A DNA stretch of 55,225 nt, the filler included, from Catajapyx aquilonaris (lineage: Eukaryota): NCBI GenBank assembly GCA_000934665.2. It is 2 parts of 2 records of this genome, joined end to end, with 100 filler letters (N's around TTAATTAATTAA, not from the genome) between each part and the next. Parts side by side here need not be neighbours in the genome. Positions count along the whole stretch, not along the records: positions 27,782 to 55,225 come from JYFJ02005063.1; 1 more part is not named here. The stretch is one strand, 5' to 3'. Positions 54,350 through 55,225 of this stretch are shown here, piece by piece. How positions within the stretch are numbered: position 1 is the stretch's first letter; each line of letters begins with the position of its first letter. A model generated the notes under the pieces. It worked only from the letters and a program-made list of their open reading frames with translations, was not told where the DNA came from and did not search any database. The translations under genes and the position numbers were made by a program.

Positions 54350-55225
54350 GTGCAGTTACAGTGTCAGAGATACGACGACCCTGCCGTTAAGGCCCTGCGT
54401 CACTGCATCCAGTTACAATGGAATATACGTCGAAAATTTAAGCGAACTTGATGAGATTAGATCTAACGGGGCGCACCATTTAGCAAACACCGCAGCAGGG
54501 GCACGTAGCTTGAAAATTTTGCCGCAGGTTCAACCATTATTGTAACGTCGATATGAAAGTAATGATGAAAATCAAAGCCCGCATTGCGCCCGTCATGAAT
54601 TGTTGGTTCGTTGCTCGAAACAATTATTACTAACAAGAGCAATCGGCAGGATTGGGTTTTACCCTGTGCTTATTATTATTTTCCACAGTAAAATGTCAAC
54701 ACGCGACATTCTGAGACCATTTTTTGATTTCCATGTCTGCCATTGTTGTCTGTCACCCAGTGGAGCATCACTGACGAAAGTGATTAAAAAGACAGGCAAT
54801 CCCGACATGTATAGTGTCAGCTTTACCTCGACTGGGTTCAAGGCCACCGCAACATACCACAACAATCCAGAAGCCCCCTTTTTGCTGTGACTCGTCCTCC
54901 TCCAGAGGATCCGATTCTGGATTTGGAGAGAGGGACCCATATATGAATAAGAAACCGTGCGTCCGACCCACACAAGACCAAGTGACCATCCAAACGGCAT
55001 TCATTCCAAACAAACCTTTCCAATAACCATCACATCAAAACAGCGCTGTCTTGGCAACCAACACAAACAAACGCAGGGTTGCCCAACACAATACCCAAGC
55101 TGCTCGTCATAACAACATACTGGGGAACATTTGACACGTCTAAAGAAGAAACATTCAAATCTGCTGACTTGATATACCGCTACTGCAGAACAAGCGGAAT
55201 GAATTTATTCGTCACTAGCAGGATA

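Noticed and set aside
36714..54545. Poly-Tyr and poly-Leu ORFs at (TAT)n runs as further Tyr-rich genes
   Set aside because: Pure microsatellites with no gene structure, and on the other side of the artificial spacer.
43825..55225. Numerous 60-130 aa ORFs in the right half
   Set aside because: No recognisable domains and no consistent exon chains; lengths compatible with chance.

Overview
Eukaryotic invertebrate DNA, most likely arthropod, in two parts joined by an artificial 100-bp spacer (44 N + TTAATTAATTAA + 44 N, 27682-27781). The left ~27.7 kb is gene-dense with small GT-AG introns. It contains: the signal-peptide exon of a gene running off the left edge; a 4-exon AA15 lytic polysaccharide monooxygenase with a C-terminal transmembrane helix; three paralogous secreted Tyr/Glu/Lys/Gln-rich repeat proteins (SYGYEQPKYEEK units); five intron-containing tRNA-Tyr(GTA) genes interleaved with them; a 6-exon fibrinogen-related protein whose P-domain cysteine pair is lost; WDR77/MEP50; and the start of a secreted Thr-rich/beta-sandwich gene cut by the gap. 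The right ~27.4 kb has no convincing host gene, only MITEs, mariner/hAT/LTR/LINE remnants, diverged repeats and (TAT)n microsatellites. The most striking feature is that each ~25%-tyrosine protein gene has tRNA-Tyr gene(s) on its 5' side, suggesting a locus that links demand for and supply of the same tRNA. Two of these genes also have perfectly complementary 5'UTR and poly(A)-site segments with a compensatory base change. All gene models were assembled by eye from splice signals and reading-frame continuity; no database searches were run.
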